A stretch of 64,000 nucleotides of DNA from Amoebophrya sp. A120 (taxonomy: Eukaryota > Protista > Dinoflagellata). The stretch covers positions 931,981 through 995,980 of the forward strand of contig CAJINV010000001.1 of assembly GCA_905178155.1 (NCBI GenBank). The letters are read 5' to 3'. The translations under genes and the position numbers were made by a program. Under the pieces are notes generated by a model that had not been told where the DNA came from, did not search any database, and was given only the letters and a program-made list of their open reading frames with translations. This document shows positions 12,584 through 24,845 of this stretch, piece after piece; within the stretch, counting starts at the first letter, position 1; every line of letters starts with the position of its first letter.

Positions 12584-13267
12584 CTAGTCAAACTGCGAGA
12601 AGGCGTCCAACTGAAAGCGGACTTCATTGTCGGTGCACCGGGTCGTGACTCCGGTCATATCCATCGGTGCGTCGCTGGGCAAGATTCGCAGATTCCTGAA
12701 ATAGGCTCCGTCATCCCGTGGGGTGATAATCACCTCGTATTTCCCCGTTTCTAGTTCCTTGCGGAAGGGGTACGCCGTGTCGGATTCGCCCAACGCTTTG
12801 CTCATGTCGGTGACGTCGCACCCGACGCTCGGCGAACGGGGGGGAGTGAACCCTCCAGTTGCCTGGGCACGATAACACACGGAATCTTCGTCCTCAGTGC
12901 TGAGTGCGTCACACTCGTTTGCCCCCACACATGCCGTTTGACCATTCTCAATCCGTTTGATGTGCATGAAGAAGGAGTTGTCCCAATAGTCTGGTTCTTC
13001 CGCGGACCTTCGTCTACTAACGTACTTGCTCGAAAAATCCTGGATCTGACCGCCGTTGATCGGTCCTTGTCTGCCAAACATCTCGATCTGAACGGCCAGA
13101 CTGCACGTCTTGCGTACGGCAAGCACAAACCGCACGCGGTCCTTCATGGTCGGGGTCTGGGACTTGAGATACATTGTGTTGTATCCATACCGGCGTCGCC
13201 TCCCTCCGTTTACGCATCCGACATACGTTTCACCATCACTCCCTACATACTCCGCGAAACAGCCCAT
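12584..13267 (-). CDS. Hypothetical protein (uninterrupted ORF, open upstream to ~13394)
   Basis: 227-aa ORF with protein-like composition; C-terminal 'LETGKYEVIITPRDDGAYFRNLRI' suggests a beta-sandwich; no family recognised. Confidence 0.5.
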   Translation of the reverse strand: MGCFAEYVGSDGETYVGCVNGGRRRRYGYNTMYLKSQTPTMKDRVRFVLAVRKTCSLAVQIEMFGRQGPINGGQIQDFSSKYVSRRRSAEEPDYWDNSFFMHIKRIENGQTACVGANECDALSTEDEDSVCYRAQATGGFTPPRSPSVGCDVTDMSKALGESDTAYPFRKELETGKYEVIITPRDDGAYFRNLRILPSDAPMDMTGVTTRCTDNEVRFQLDAFSQFD

Positions 13268-16200
13268 CCCGAGCCGTGTCCTCGTGTCTTCTTTGTAGGA
13301 AGCATCATAGGAGTCATCTGCTACCTGGTTTCGATACGTCGAGCCGTCTTCGATACCAATAGTGTTCCCGCCAAGGGTGGTTTGCGTACCGGTTCAATAT
13401 GGAGCTAGTGTGTGAAAATCATGCGTCGTTGCATTGGGCGGATTTCCTCTTCATGGAAAATAATTCCTGGTAAATAGTTATTGCTGCCGTCTTCCTTGTT
13501 TCTTTAAATTCGTTTTGCCCATCTATTCCAGCCCGGCACCCAGAGCGCAAGAGACACCAAAGACGGCCGTAAAAGCTTATCACCCCTCGGCATCATGCGC
13601 ACAAAGGGCGTTGGCACTTATGTACTCTGGTCGTTGGTTTCAAAATTCGGCAGCTTGAGCTTCACCTCGAAGCCCTCAAAGATAAATCTCCAAGTCATTC
13701 GCGCGTAGAGCGCCGGGCGAGTTCTTTTGCCGCTACAATTGGCCTATCCGCCACGTCGCAAGCAGCAAACTTCTTCGCTCCCTCAAACCAAATACGCTTG
13801 GCCAACTCCCGCTTTCGAGGTTGAACAACAACAAACAACAAAGGGGCCCAAGAAAGGAAAAAGATCAACAAACCAGAGCCCTTCTCTTTAACATAAGTAT
13901 CGCATCGCGATAGGCCAGCCGACTGACAAGACGCGCAGAAACATCTGCAGCCCGGCATTGGTTTTTCTTTTTTGGCGAGACACTGTCGGCGGCGTCAATT
14001 AGAAAACTAACTCGCAAAACGGCCGCCATTTAGAGTTATTTATATTTTGCGGAATGACCCAAAAGGGCCGCCCGCAATGGAACATGGACGTTTTTGGCCA
14101 TTCCGCAGAATGAAATTGACGCGCGAGCCTTCTTGCGACCTTCCAAATGGGCCCCACTTGCGAAATCTGACGCACATGCCCCGAGGCAGATCCTGGCGCC
14201 CCGGGTCGTTTGCTCGACCCCAAGGCTACGCCCTCGGCAGTTTATCCTGAGCCGAGACACCCCCGAGATGCCTTCACAGCTAGAGCCAGCGCAACCCATC
14301 TCGCGGCGCCAATAGTTGGCGAAGCCGAACTAAATGGCACATGTAAGGCAAACGCGGGGGACTATTCAACTTCGTGCTCTTATCATGGCCAGCGTGAAAC
14401 AAACGCTAGCGAGCTTCTCCTTCTGTGGGCAGCTAGGAACGACTTGCGTTCCCTCCCGCTCCCTTGCTTAGGCCATACAAAAAACGCGCAGCGAGTGCCT
14501 GCTCGCGCAAACAGTTCTGCAACCTTTGCAGCCCTTCATCGTGCTATATTTTTTGGCTGCGTGTTTTATCCCGCAAATGGGGCGAACCCGAAGACGGAGC
14601 GGTTGTAAGCCTATAAAATAGATATTGGCGATCTTCCAATAGCTTCCCCATTTACAACTACGCATGGCTGGGTATATCGTGGGCTCCTACGCTTTCCCAC
14701 ATGCCTCCAAGAGGTGCGTTGTCGGGTGGCGTCGCCTTGCCTTCTGCGGCAGAAATGGTTGCGGTGTGTGCAGATGCGAACTAACCAGCGACGAGGTAGA
14801 ACCCACGACGAGAATACAAAGCACCTAGGGGAGGCGGTTCAGGAATGCAAAGACGGAGTAATTATGTGTGTGGTATGCCTTGGCGGGCATCAAGGGCCCT
14901 GGAGAGGGCTCATTCAGTTGTAAGCATCGACGTGAGTGCGGTCAACGGCACATGTGGGGCATCCGAAATCGCCACGGTATTACTGATCTCCGTCATCATC
15001 TTCTATCTTGTTCAAAACAACTAGCTTGCATTGCGGCACAAGGGTGCCCGAGTAAGCGCGTCTGTGACTCTTTGGAGTGGATCATGGTGCTCATCGTTGG
15101 TTGAGGATGGATTTATGTGTCATACGGCGTAAACAATGCCACCGGCCCAGTCCGCGTCACTGAGGTCCTCTGGGGGAAGCTTGCTTAAAACAGCGGGAAC
15201 CTTTGCCAGTGCCAACCCAACCAGTGACTGTGGAGATTCCATCACTGACATTGTACCGCTCTTGCGGACCTCCTTCGCCTTCGTTAAGGTCAACGCCCTT
15301 GCCTTGCGCTGCAGCACGACCAACAATAGAGGCGAAACAGTCGTGGAATTGCGTTTGAGAATGGTATTGAGCCACACACGGACAACCACCTGACAGCTGT
15401 AGACGCGCTGCTCACGAACATGACCATGACATGGTGGTGCGTTGCCTGCCGAGCACACACAAGAGCCGCACGACAGCTTCACTCTTCACCCGAGAGACCA
15501 TCGTACTGTGACTGAGGGAAGTGGAAGTGGTGGATGGAAAACTGCACATAAGCGTTTCATCCAAGGGCTGAAACTACATCTGGACGAGTTGAGCTCAAGG
15601 ACAAAAGTGGTCATACACCACGTGGCTCTTACAAAGCACAGATCCATGATGGACCTCACAACGTCCGACATAAGTTGGTGTATCATTCTAGTACATGCAA
15701 CAGGACTACAGGTAGAGTATGCAACATCGTTTGATTTCTTCAATATCAAGATCTTATTAAAATTCTGAATGCCATTCTATCTCGACGGCCACGCTTCTTG
15801 CATCCTTAACTGTATCATGTTCGAAGCCTTGTCCACTCCAGCCTCCGAGTGAAAAGTAGCTCATCCCCACACGACCCGACAAAGGAAACGAAACGCCATA
15901 GATGGGTCCTCGCCGCCGACGCCGAAGACGGCGAAACACACATAGTGTAGTCAACACACCTACAGGACTCTGCTGTAAAAAAATGGGTACTTTGTACGCA
16001 ATTGTGCATGGTCATTTTGTACGCAATTATCGCAAATTCTTCCACCCTGCGTGGTTCAGATCGCATTGCGATCATCGCAAGCAATACATAGGAAGAATTT
16101 CTATTGGGGCCTTGGAGAATTTCTATTGGATTTTTTTTTCTAGACATTTTTCATGGTGACGCAGAAAAAAATATCCCCCCATGCAATTAAATGGGCGAAG

Positions 16201-16331
16201 ATTAAGGTACATCTCTAGGACAAAGATACCAGCTGCAATGGAGGGCACATGCTTACATCCATCTCGTTCTACCCTATTCGGATTTGCAGACGTTGGTGAT
16301 GGAGGGTCTGTATGCATCCGCCGCTCCGCAC

Positions 16332-16439
16332 ACACCTGAGTGCGGCTTTGGTGTAGTGAGAAGTCCCCCATTCACTAAGGAAGTAGACACCTGAGTGCGG
16401 CTTTGGTGTAGTGAGGAGTCCCCCATTCACTAAGGAAGT
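16332..16439. repeat. 55-bp tandem duplication
   Basis: acacctgagtgcggctttggtgtagtgag(a/g)agtcccccattcactaaggaagt starts at 16332 and again at 16387. Confidence 0.9.
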
Positions 16440-17607
16440 GCCAAAGGATAAGGAAGTAGACAACGGCGGACATCGATACACACAGGTGGAGACGCACCAC
16501 TACGCTACGTCGTGGACGCGTCGAGGTGTCATTGATTTTGGTGCCGCTGGGCGGAATATTCATTAGCGCTCGCGCAGTGGCAGTACGTCTACAAAATATA
16601 ACGTATGGTGGCTACGCATGAACGACAACAGTCAGTGGACGCACGCGGCTGCAATGCCACCACGCATAAACTGGCACCAAGCAGGAGAGATCCTCCTACT
16701 ACGTACTCACTTTCCACAGCGGATGTTCGCTGTTAAGAAAACGACCCTAGTGGACAACATGCTTTGTCGCGATAAAGTGCTCACGCAGCCAGTATTCATT
16801 GACATTGCCTCTTGCGCTGTCCTGCAACTAAGCCAGTGTGGTACTCTAATATGACACATGATCACAAAATCCCCTGATGCCCTTCTTACGTAGAAATAGA
16901 TGCAAAAGTCGTTGAACAGATACAACTGTTTGATGCAGAGAATGAGCTTTTTGCTTCTGATACGCAGCCCGCAGTGCCTCCTTCTGTCCCAGCACTGGCG
17001 TTACGGCGGATAGGTGCGCCACCGCCAGGGGAATAAATCTATCACATTGCAAGCGTGCCGCTTTCCTGTCGATGTCGTGCCGGGCGGACACTATGAGTGC
17101 GCACACTGACTTCTACCTCTTCGCTGGCAATTAAGGAGTAAGATTCGTTCTGCAAGAATCTTTCCGCACCCGCGCGCCCCAAGATGAAGTCGCTTTGTTT
17201 TCTCTTTTGGCAGCAAAAGTTTGTCAATTCATCAGAGCAGACCCGAAGACCACGCTTAGTCGCGTGACAAGGAAACGTAGGAGATAGAGGTTCTTAGACT
17301 GCTACTAGCGCAAGAGCTTTTTGTACTGCTACTAGCGCAATCGCACGAAAGGAGCCACAACACATGCATTTCACTACATTCGTTGCATGTCAAACTTTGA
17401 TTGTAAGTGCGTCTTATTTTGTACGGGGAAAGAGACCACCTTTTTCAACGTGATAGAGCGCAACCCGCATGATCGAAGTTGCGGCGAGGCTAGAGTAGCA
17501 CAGCAGAGAGTTGGTAGTGGATAGTTCTTCTCGTGGCTTCCGAGCGGTCGGCTGCTGACAGACTGGGTGGCCGGTCTCGTTTGCGAATCGGGAAAAACCA
17601 AGTTCGA

Positions 17608-17814
17608 TATCCTGAGAAAAAACGTCCCTGCCCCAGAGTTCTTGCCATACCAATCTACATGCTTAAAGTGTCTCTCATGAGAAGCAAATCCCCATGAAAA
17701 GCAATTTCTCGGCGTATCTTGAAATTTGTGATGGTGCTCGAATCGAGATCTAATTGATTTGTTTAGCAGATTTCGCATCTTGACTCTGGGATGGGGACGT
17801 TTTTGCTCATGATA
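17608..17814. mobile_element. Introner, family B (TIR tatcctgag.aaaaacgtcccc..cccagagt)
   Basis: TIR pair present; DR ttcga/tacga; host gene frame not resolved. Confidence 0.85.
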
Positions 17815-19871
17815 TACGACACTATTACGGTACGCCCGCGTGCTCGCAGGTAGGCTAGCGCTGCAACCTCCGCCAAGCGTCAAGGGCAAAGGCGAGCACA
17901 GTCAAAAAAGAAAAAATGAATTGCACAACAAACCTCTCGCAGCACTCATGCTCCTTTATTTCGTAGAATGATCTACACTACTACAGCGACGACATATTCA
18001 CATTTTCGGCAATTCTCACAATTGCGACAGCGATTTTGCAGTCGAGTGCTTGTCAGGATCACAAAGAACAACAAACGGCTCTCACTCTCTTTTGGCTCGT
18101 CGGGTGTCACTGACTGGTCGTGGAACTGCACGGAGACGCAATCCAAAGCAAATAAAATACTTAGACTTACGTGATAAAGTGTTGAAAACAGAAAGGGTGG
18201 CCCGAGACGGGGCCAATACTTATTCAACGTGAAAAACTTACTCAAATTGGCTCAATGTTCAGATTTTTCACGACCCTTGTTCACTCACAAACTACCGCGG
18301 CATGCACCTGACGACGGGAACGGGCTCGCTTTTCACATTGATCGCTATCACAGCATCTTGTTCGCTGTCTCTTTGTTGGAAGAAAGAATCACTGATGCAA
18401 TCGCTATGAACATCAACATTCATACACGGTGTATGGACCTTTATTGAATCAGTAGCTTTATGCGACATTGAGATAGGGCGCACAAACCGTGGGGGGGCAG
18501 TGCAAGACACAGAGTTCCACATTTTTGCTTCAGGCTCACTTCCACAAAACCGCCGGTCCAGCATGCATCACATGAAAGCATTTCCAGAGATTGACTCAGG
18601 AGAGAAAGCAAACTCTTTTCGAAGCGCATCAACATCATTTTCATCACGCCCAAAAATCCGCCTCGTACGAGAATCGGTGGGTAAAGGCGCGAAGGCGGAT
18701 GTCAAGTTTTGGAAAGACCGACGGCCGTCCCGCCCAGCCCAGGCAGCAACTAGAACTACTTAAACGTCCCGGGAAAAAACGAAACGATCGCCGTCTCTGG
18801 TTTCCGGTCGTACAGTCGGGAGATCAGTTTGGCGGAGTTGTTCTTTGCTCGACTCAAAGAGATGCCCGCTCCGTTGCAGCATCGACGACGCGCCGCCAGC
18901 ACCACGACCGCGAAAGTAGTTGATACCAGGCCGTGCACCGTGATTTTTTTCTACCGCCGAGGCGGATAAGGATCTTTCACCCGCCCCAAAGAACAACATC
19001 TCGTCAGCCACTGGAGATTTCGTGGCGTCGTGTACGTCCGCGTCGCGTCCCGCCAGTCGTACGGACCGCTGCAGTCGCGGGGACAGGGAGCGGTCTGGCT
19101 GGTGGTCGTCCGAGAACGAGCCCATCGGATCGCTGGCCACACCAATGCTCGGACTCGTCCCGCTAGTTCGGCTTTTACCGGCGTGGGGTCGCTGTGCCAG
19201 GAGATCCGCGCCTCGGTCGAGTCCACTGTCCCCCCGGTCGGAGTCCATTTTTTCGGGGTGGTCCGATACCCAACCACCGGCGCTATCATATTGGAAACCG
19301 CCCTCAGCCCATAAAAAAAAATGTGGGGGGGGTAAATGCAAAAGCTCCAAGTCATGTTGGAACCAGTTGCTACCTTGCATGCATCAGGGTGGCAAACTTT
19401 CAAGCCAGAGTAGCGATGAAAGTCTGTACTTCAATATCAAGAATGCGCCGCGACATTATATATAAGTGACGTCTGTCTACTTCAAGTTGAACTTGCATTT
19501 TTGGCTTTTTAGATGCTGAATCCAAATAAGTACGTCGGTTTGGCTTTCTTGTTCGTTTCCTCACGCAAAAGTCTCCACGAGAGAAGTTTGCAACACAAAC
19601 TGGTATAGTCTTTTAGTGGTGGGGCACTTTTCATTTTGGTAGTCGCTATGCTGGATTTCGAACGAGGAGCCGTCTGTTTCCGCGGGAAAGGCTATGAGAG
19701 TCAACAACTCCCCCTGCCCCTCGCCCTCATGGCAACCACAGCAATACAACAAGCTCCGGGAAATGCAAAAATAAAAATCGTATGCAGCTTTCGCACGACA
19801 AAGCACCGCCCGATTCCAGCGCTGGTTCGGTTTCCAGTACTTGATGACACGCAAGCAGTGCCAAGAGACAA

Positions 19872-22464
19872 TCAACGGGTGGACGTGAGCTTCTTGGTAC
19901 TATATTGATGCATGGCAAACGAGGCGAAGGATGAGTTGGTGTTGTGCAGTCTCATAAAGGCTGGCGACTCCGACCGGTGCTCGTTTTCGGTGAGGACTTG
20001 CCGCGGACTTCCGCTCACCTCGGACGCAGCGTTGGACACTGCGAAGTCCGAACCGCTGGCGTTCATCTCCGCCGCTTCGTGCGCTTCTGCCGCAAACGAA
20101 CCAGCATCGGACGCGCGTGCGCTATCCTCCTGGAAGTTCTTGGAACTGTCGCTGCCTTCGTCGAGAGCGTAGTCCATTCGGGCAGAGCCAGAGCCACGGA
20201 GCCCTCGTCCCACCGCCTTTTGTTCGTCTTCGCCGTAGTCAAACTCTTGGTTTTCATAGTGTTCGTAGTCGTGGTCTTCCTCTTCGTCCTGGTCGTAGTC
20301 GTAATTTTCATCATTTTCGGCTTGTTCTTCGTCATCATAGCCACGATCGTCCTCTTCGTGGTACATCTCCCCGCCCGGTTGCTCCATTTGCTCTCCTTCT
20401 TCTCCACGTCCTCGACGCAAGTTCACTCCAGGCGCTTGCGAAGGAGAAAACGCCTGGTAATTATCCGCCGCTGCTGGTGATGTGGCTGCGTACGCAGGAG
20501 ATGACTGCGGGGGCCCACTCAAGAAGGTGACTTGTTCGGTAGCAGCACGGAGTGGCGACGCCTGCGTTCGCTGTTCTGCGCTGGCCACACCAGCAGCGGC
20601 CGCGGCTGCCGACCGTGGAGCCACTGGGACCGGTGAAGCAGCTGCGCTACCGGAGGCGGCAGGAGGACCGGCGGACGGAACAACAAGCGGTGGTCCTTGT
20701 TGTACCTCGTCCTCGTAATAGTCGTCGCTATCGCCTTCCTCCTCGTCGTACTATATCCTGCGGCAAAACATCCCCACCATAGATAGAGTTGTGTCACGCA
20801 GGTTTGCAATGACAGGAACATTTGCGACGCGCATCCCTGTGGTAGGGATTTTTCAATTTTGATGTTTTGGGATTTGTAATGCTGTAATAAATTAGAATAA
20901 GCAGATGGATTTGTAATGCGGCTGTAGTATTTGCCAACCTGCAATACACTACGGACTGCAACTTGTCATGCGTGACTCCAAAAAACTTCTCTGTTTGTCT
21001 TGCAAAGTCCCCCTCTTGACTCTGGGAAGATGGGGAGGATTTTGCTCAGGATATCGTAGTACTCCTCTTCCTCGTCGTAGTACTCTTCCTCCTCGTCATA
21101 CTCCCCGGCCTCTTCCCCGGCATAATCTAGCACATCTGCGCCCTCGCCCAGACCGGCCTTCATTCCACCCACGGTCGCCAACTTCGCAGCATTGGCGGAA
21201 GTGGAGGAGCCTGCAGGTGCAGCAGCGACGCCCTCAGCGTCCGTACTCGGTGGTACTGCCACAGCTACTTGTTCTGGTCCGCCTGTACTTGCGTTCGCGT
21301 CTGGACTTGAGCTCCGCATGTCAACGGCAACGTGTTGCTTTTTTTCCCGGCCCCTGCCGTTCGCCTCTCTTAGCGATACATCCTGGAGGTCGACCACCAT
21401 GGGGATATTTCCGACGTCCTCAGTTCTTGTAGTGGTCGAAGCGAGGGGCACTAGGGACCGCCGCTCCTTGCGCGCGCCGCCCTGCAGATAGAAGCCGGGT
21501 TTGTGCTTGCGGGCGTGGATCCGTTGCGCCCGTCGCCGGCGCCTTTTGACGCGTTGCGCGTCCGCAACGGCTCGCTGGGCGTGCGCGGCGGCCACGTGCG
21601 CGTGGTGCAGCTGCTGCCGCCTCGAATAGCGTGCCGCCGGCCCCTATTGTGGGGAAAAATACCTCCTCCCCATATCGAAAACGAAGTTTGTGTTCTTGCT
21701 GTATTTGAGTACAACACAAATCTCTTTGTATTGCTAGAAGGCCAAGAGACGCAGTTCCTCCCTCGTTTGTAGGCAATTTGTCATGCTGTTTCCCGTTTCC
21801 TGTTGCTTTCTGTCATGCTAAAGACGCTAGGCTTTCCTACAACTCCAGCTAGCACTAGCACTACAATACGCATCTCTTCCCTTCTAGCATGACAAAATGG
21901 CTTGTGGTCGCAAATCATGCTACGCAAATCGCCCTTTGAGTATGGGGAGGGGGGATTTTTCATTTTGATAGCCCCAGCTTTAGGGCCCCGCTACTAGTAC
22001 CGCGGGAACTTGTTGTCGTCGGACGAGGCTGTAGTTCTAGCACCGAGGTCGTGATCTTTTTCGCAGGAGCACCTGCTCCGGTGTGCCGGTGCGTGGTCTC
22101 TCGCTGGTCGCGCAGAGCGGCGGCGAGAAGACCCTGGTCGACGGCGGCGAGCGTGTGCTGCTCCTGATCACCACCCAGCCGGTACAAGGCGAGGGACAGC
22201 ACCGCAACGACTTATGCAATACAAATTTCCCCTGCACGTAGACCAGACGTACACGTACATCACTAAAATGCAGCATGGCAATAAATTTCATCAATTTAGA
22301 GTGCAACACTGGTCGTGCTAAAAAGGATTGCAGGTTAGTGCTGTCATGCAGGAACAACATTTGTTTTTGTTGTACGGCCCGTACAGAAAATTTACTGTGG
22401 ATACGAGTGTCGTGAAAACGCCAATGCCAACCCAGGCACAAATTTCGGCGGTCGAACCGTCCAT
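19872..22464 (-). CDS. Hypothetical low-complexity acidic protein with N-terminal transmembrane segment (may extend further both ways)
   Basis: Three elements removed (+5 nt) give MDGSTAEICAWVGIGVFTTLVAVLSLALYRL...KLGPAARYSRR...EEYYDDEEEG...VAPRSAAA in one frame. Confidence 0.65.
20754..21053. mobile_element. Introner, family B
   Basis: tatcctgcggcaaaacatcccc ... ggggaggattttgctcaggata; DR tacta/tcgta; frame restored. Confidence 0.85.
21645..21970. mobile_element. Introner, family C (TIR tat....gaaaaatcccccctccccata)
   Basis: TIR pair; perfect DR gcccc; frame restored. Confidence 0.92.
22213..22403. mobile_element. Introner, diverged family
   Basis: tatgcaatacaaatttcccctgcacg ... cgtacagaaaatttactgtggata; DR cgact/cgagt; frame restored. 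Confidence 0.8.
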
Positions 22465-22614
22465 ATCGGCTCCGAGAAGGGTAGTCGATGGTAGGTACCA
22501 CGGGGGTATAGAAGATCGTGGACGGTGCGCCCAGTCGCGTCTCGATTGAAGACGACCCAGCGACGAGAAGGCGGCGAGCGAAAACTTCTCTCGCTGTGGT
22601 TGGTTGGCGGCGCT

Positions 22615-22837
22615 GCATTTGGAGGCGTTTGGATGTCTAAAAAATTTGTGTTGCATGAGCAGCAAAAGACTTCTGACTTTTGCTACGCGGAGAGGGCATT
22701 CGTCATGCGGAATAGGCATCAAGAATCCCTCAAAAAACCTGTGACGCTAGGGCATGCATCACAGACATCATGGCTCATGCAAACCGTGCATGACAAGTCT
22801 CAGAATCTTCCAGACCCAGACACTTTTGCATTTGATA
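22615..22837. mobile_element. Truncated family A introner (left TIR lost)
   Basis: Intact right end cttccagacccagacacttttgcatttgata and family A body; left end absent. Confidence 0.75.
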
Positions 22838-23320
22838 CTGACCTTTCTCCGGTAACAGCGGCGCTCGATCCAACACCACGAATCCGTGCTCGTGAAAGAA
22901 GCTCTTTTCGGCCTCGGTAAGCAGCAGAGGGCTTGCAACCATGATAGCGGGCGCTTTTTTATTGTAGACAAATTGAAAGAATGACAATGATTGTCGCTGG
23001 GTATCGTGGTTTTATCTTCTTTTTGTCGTGGTCTTCAAAGGAAAGTGAAAGAACATGTTGCGGAAAATATCAAGTTGTTGTACTATCAACGCCGGTTGAT
23101 AGAAACCAGAGTCAATGTTTTCATCTGCACGCGTTTATCTTCATGCTCAGCTCTACTCTACTCTACGCACGGAGTGGCTAGGTAGCACAATTCCTTGCTT
23201 CATCCTCTCTCTCTCTCTCTCTCTCTTCATTTTTCATCGTGTCGTACGTTCTACTTTCCTGTGTCAGGGAATTTTCGTGTCCATTCTTTTTGTTTTTTGC
23301 CTCGAACAATCGGGTGTTTG
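22838..23320 (-). pseudogene. Partial duplicate of the PhyH gene 5' end and upstream region
   Basis: Near-identical to ~27380-27832; encodes MVASPLLLTEAEKSFFHEHGFVVLDRAPLLPEKGQ versus MVVSSLHLTEAEKSFFHEHGFVVLDRAPLLPEKAQ. Confidence 0.85.
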
Positions 23321-24845
23321 CATTTTCTCAACCCCAAGGTCATAGTGATTAAATCATAATCATAAAAAATTGATTACTTTCTTCGTGGTTTGGAAGAATT
23401 TCCCGTCTCCCCCAGCAAGACCAGCCATCTTTTTGGCCGTCTTTTTAGTCGCCTCTCGTGGTCTGCACTTCCTTCCATTTTACACGCAGCCGCTGGCGCT
23501 CGGCTTCCTCTAGGTGTGGGATCTTCGCGAGGTTATCTGCAAAATTCTTCTCCCATTTTGCGAGACCTGATTCGTCGTACGGAGTAATGCAATTACCGCG
23601 CGTCTTCAACAGCGCATTGCTCGCAACGATGTTCTGCAGCTCCTCTGCAGATGTGCTTTGGGGGACGATGACTAGCTTCTCGACGTCCGCGAGACAATGC
23701 TTGCTGCAAATTGCGCCATCCGCCCAGAGTAGACCACCCTTTTCGAGAAGCCACTTGCCCTCTATTATCAACTTCTCTGGTGTGGCGCTCGGGTGCCGCT
23801 TCGTGGCATTGTGGCAAGAAGGCGGCGATCGAAAACTTCTCTCGCTGTGGTTATGGCGGCGCAGCGAAAACTTCTCTCGCTCGGGGCTTGGCGGCGCTCG
23901 CGCTTGATGCCCCGAGTATGTATGTCTCTACGTTTTATTCTGCGCAGTTACGTCCTAGCAGCTTGCTTCAGCGGGCTTGAGGAACAAGAACAAATGTTGC
24001 ACAAAGTAATTCCGTCGCGTTTTCACCGTGCGAGCGAGTGCAAGTCGACTTTTCATCTGCAGCGAGTTGCGACGCGATGCGATCGTCGTTCCCTGTCCCT
24101 CCCATAGCACCCATAGTAACGATAAAAATCGAGCCGATAGATACTTACGGTTACGATCGGACCGTCACTCGGAAAAGTAGATAGATGCCTGCAATAAATG
24201 AGTACTTACAGCTCGATTTCTTTTTCTGTCCGACATCCACGATGCGAGAGCGAGCCGATTTCGATTGCGTAAACTGTACTATTTAATTTCTCAACAGGCA
24301 ATGCAAGTACGCAGTCGAGGTAGTTTCTGGCAAAATTCTCAAAGCCAAATTCGAACTCGAAGTCGCCACTTCATCATTACGAAAACCAACGCAGCGCAAG
24401 CTTCTTAGACAAAAAACTACTTATTTGTCAGGCAAGCTTAAAAACTGCTCTCGTTCTGCCATTGAATTCCTGAGGTTTAAACTTGTCTGCACTGGATTGC
24501 ATTGTCAGATCATTACGAATACAATAGCAAAAAAGCCGCCACCGTCGCGGACTGCTCATATCTACTTACCTGAGGATAAAACTTTCACAGCAACAGCGGA
24601 GCTTGTTGCCGGAGCTGGTATACAATGTTTCCACAAGCTTGCAGCGGAGTTTGTAGCCGGAGCTTTTCACGAGCCGCTCCTTCGTTCCGCGCCAGCCGGG
24701 ATATCGATATAGGTAGTACCATATCACAAGTAATGCGCACCGAACTCGTTGTTTCGCCCTGCGGATCATGGGCTCGGCGGGTGCAGCGAGCTCCTTCGGG
24801 CACTTCTTCTACTACCCCATATTAAAGCGCACCAGTTTAATATTC

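Noticed and set aside
15120-15180. SDADWAG, resembling the Ty1/copia RNase H motif
   Set aside because: No flanking copia RT/RNase H motifs at the expected spacing; may be a decayed relic but unsupported.
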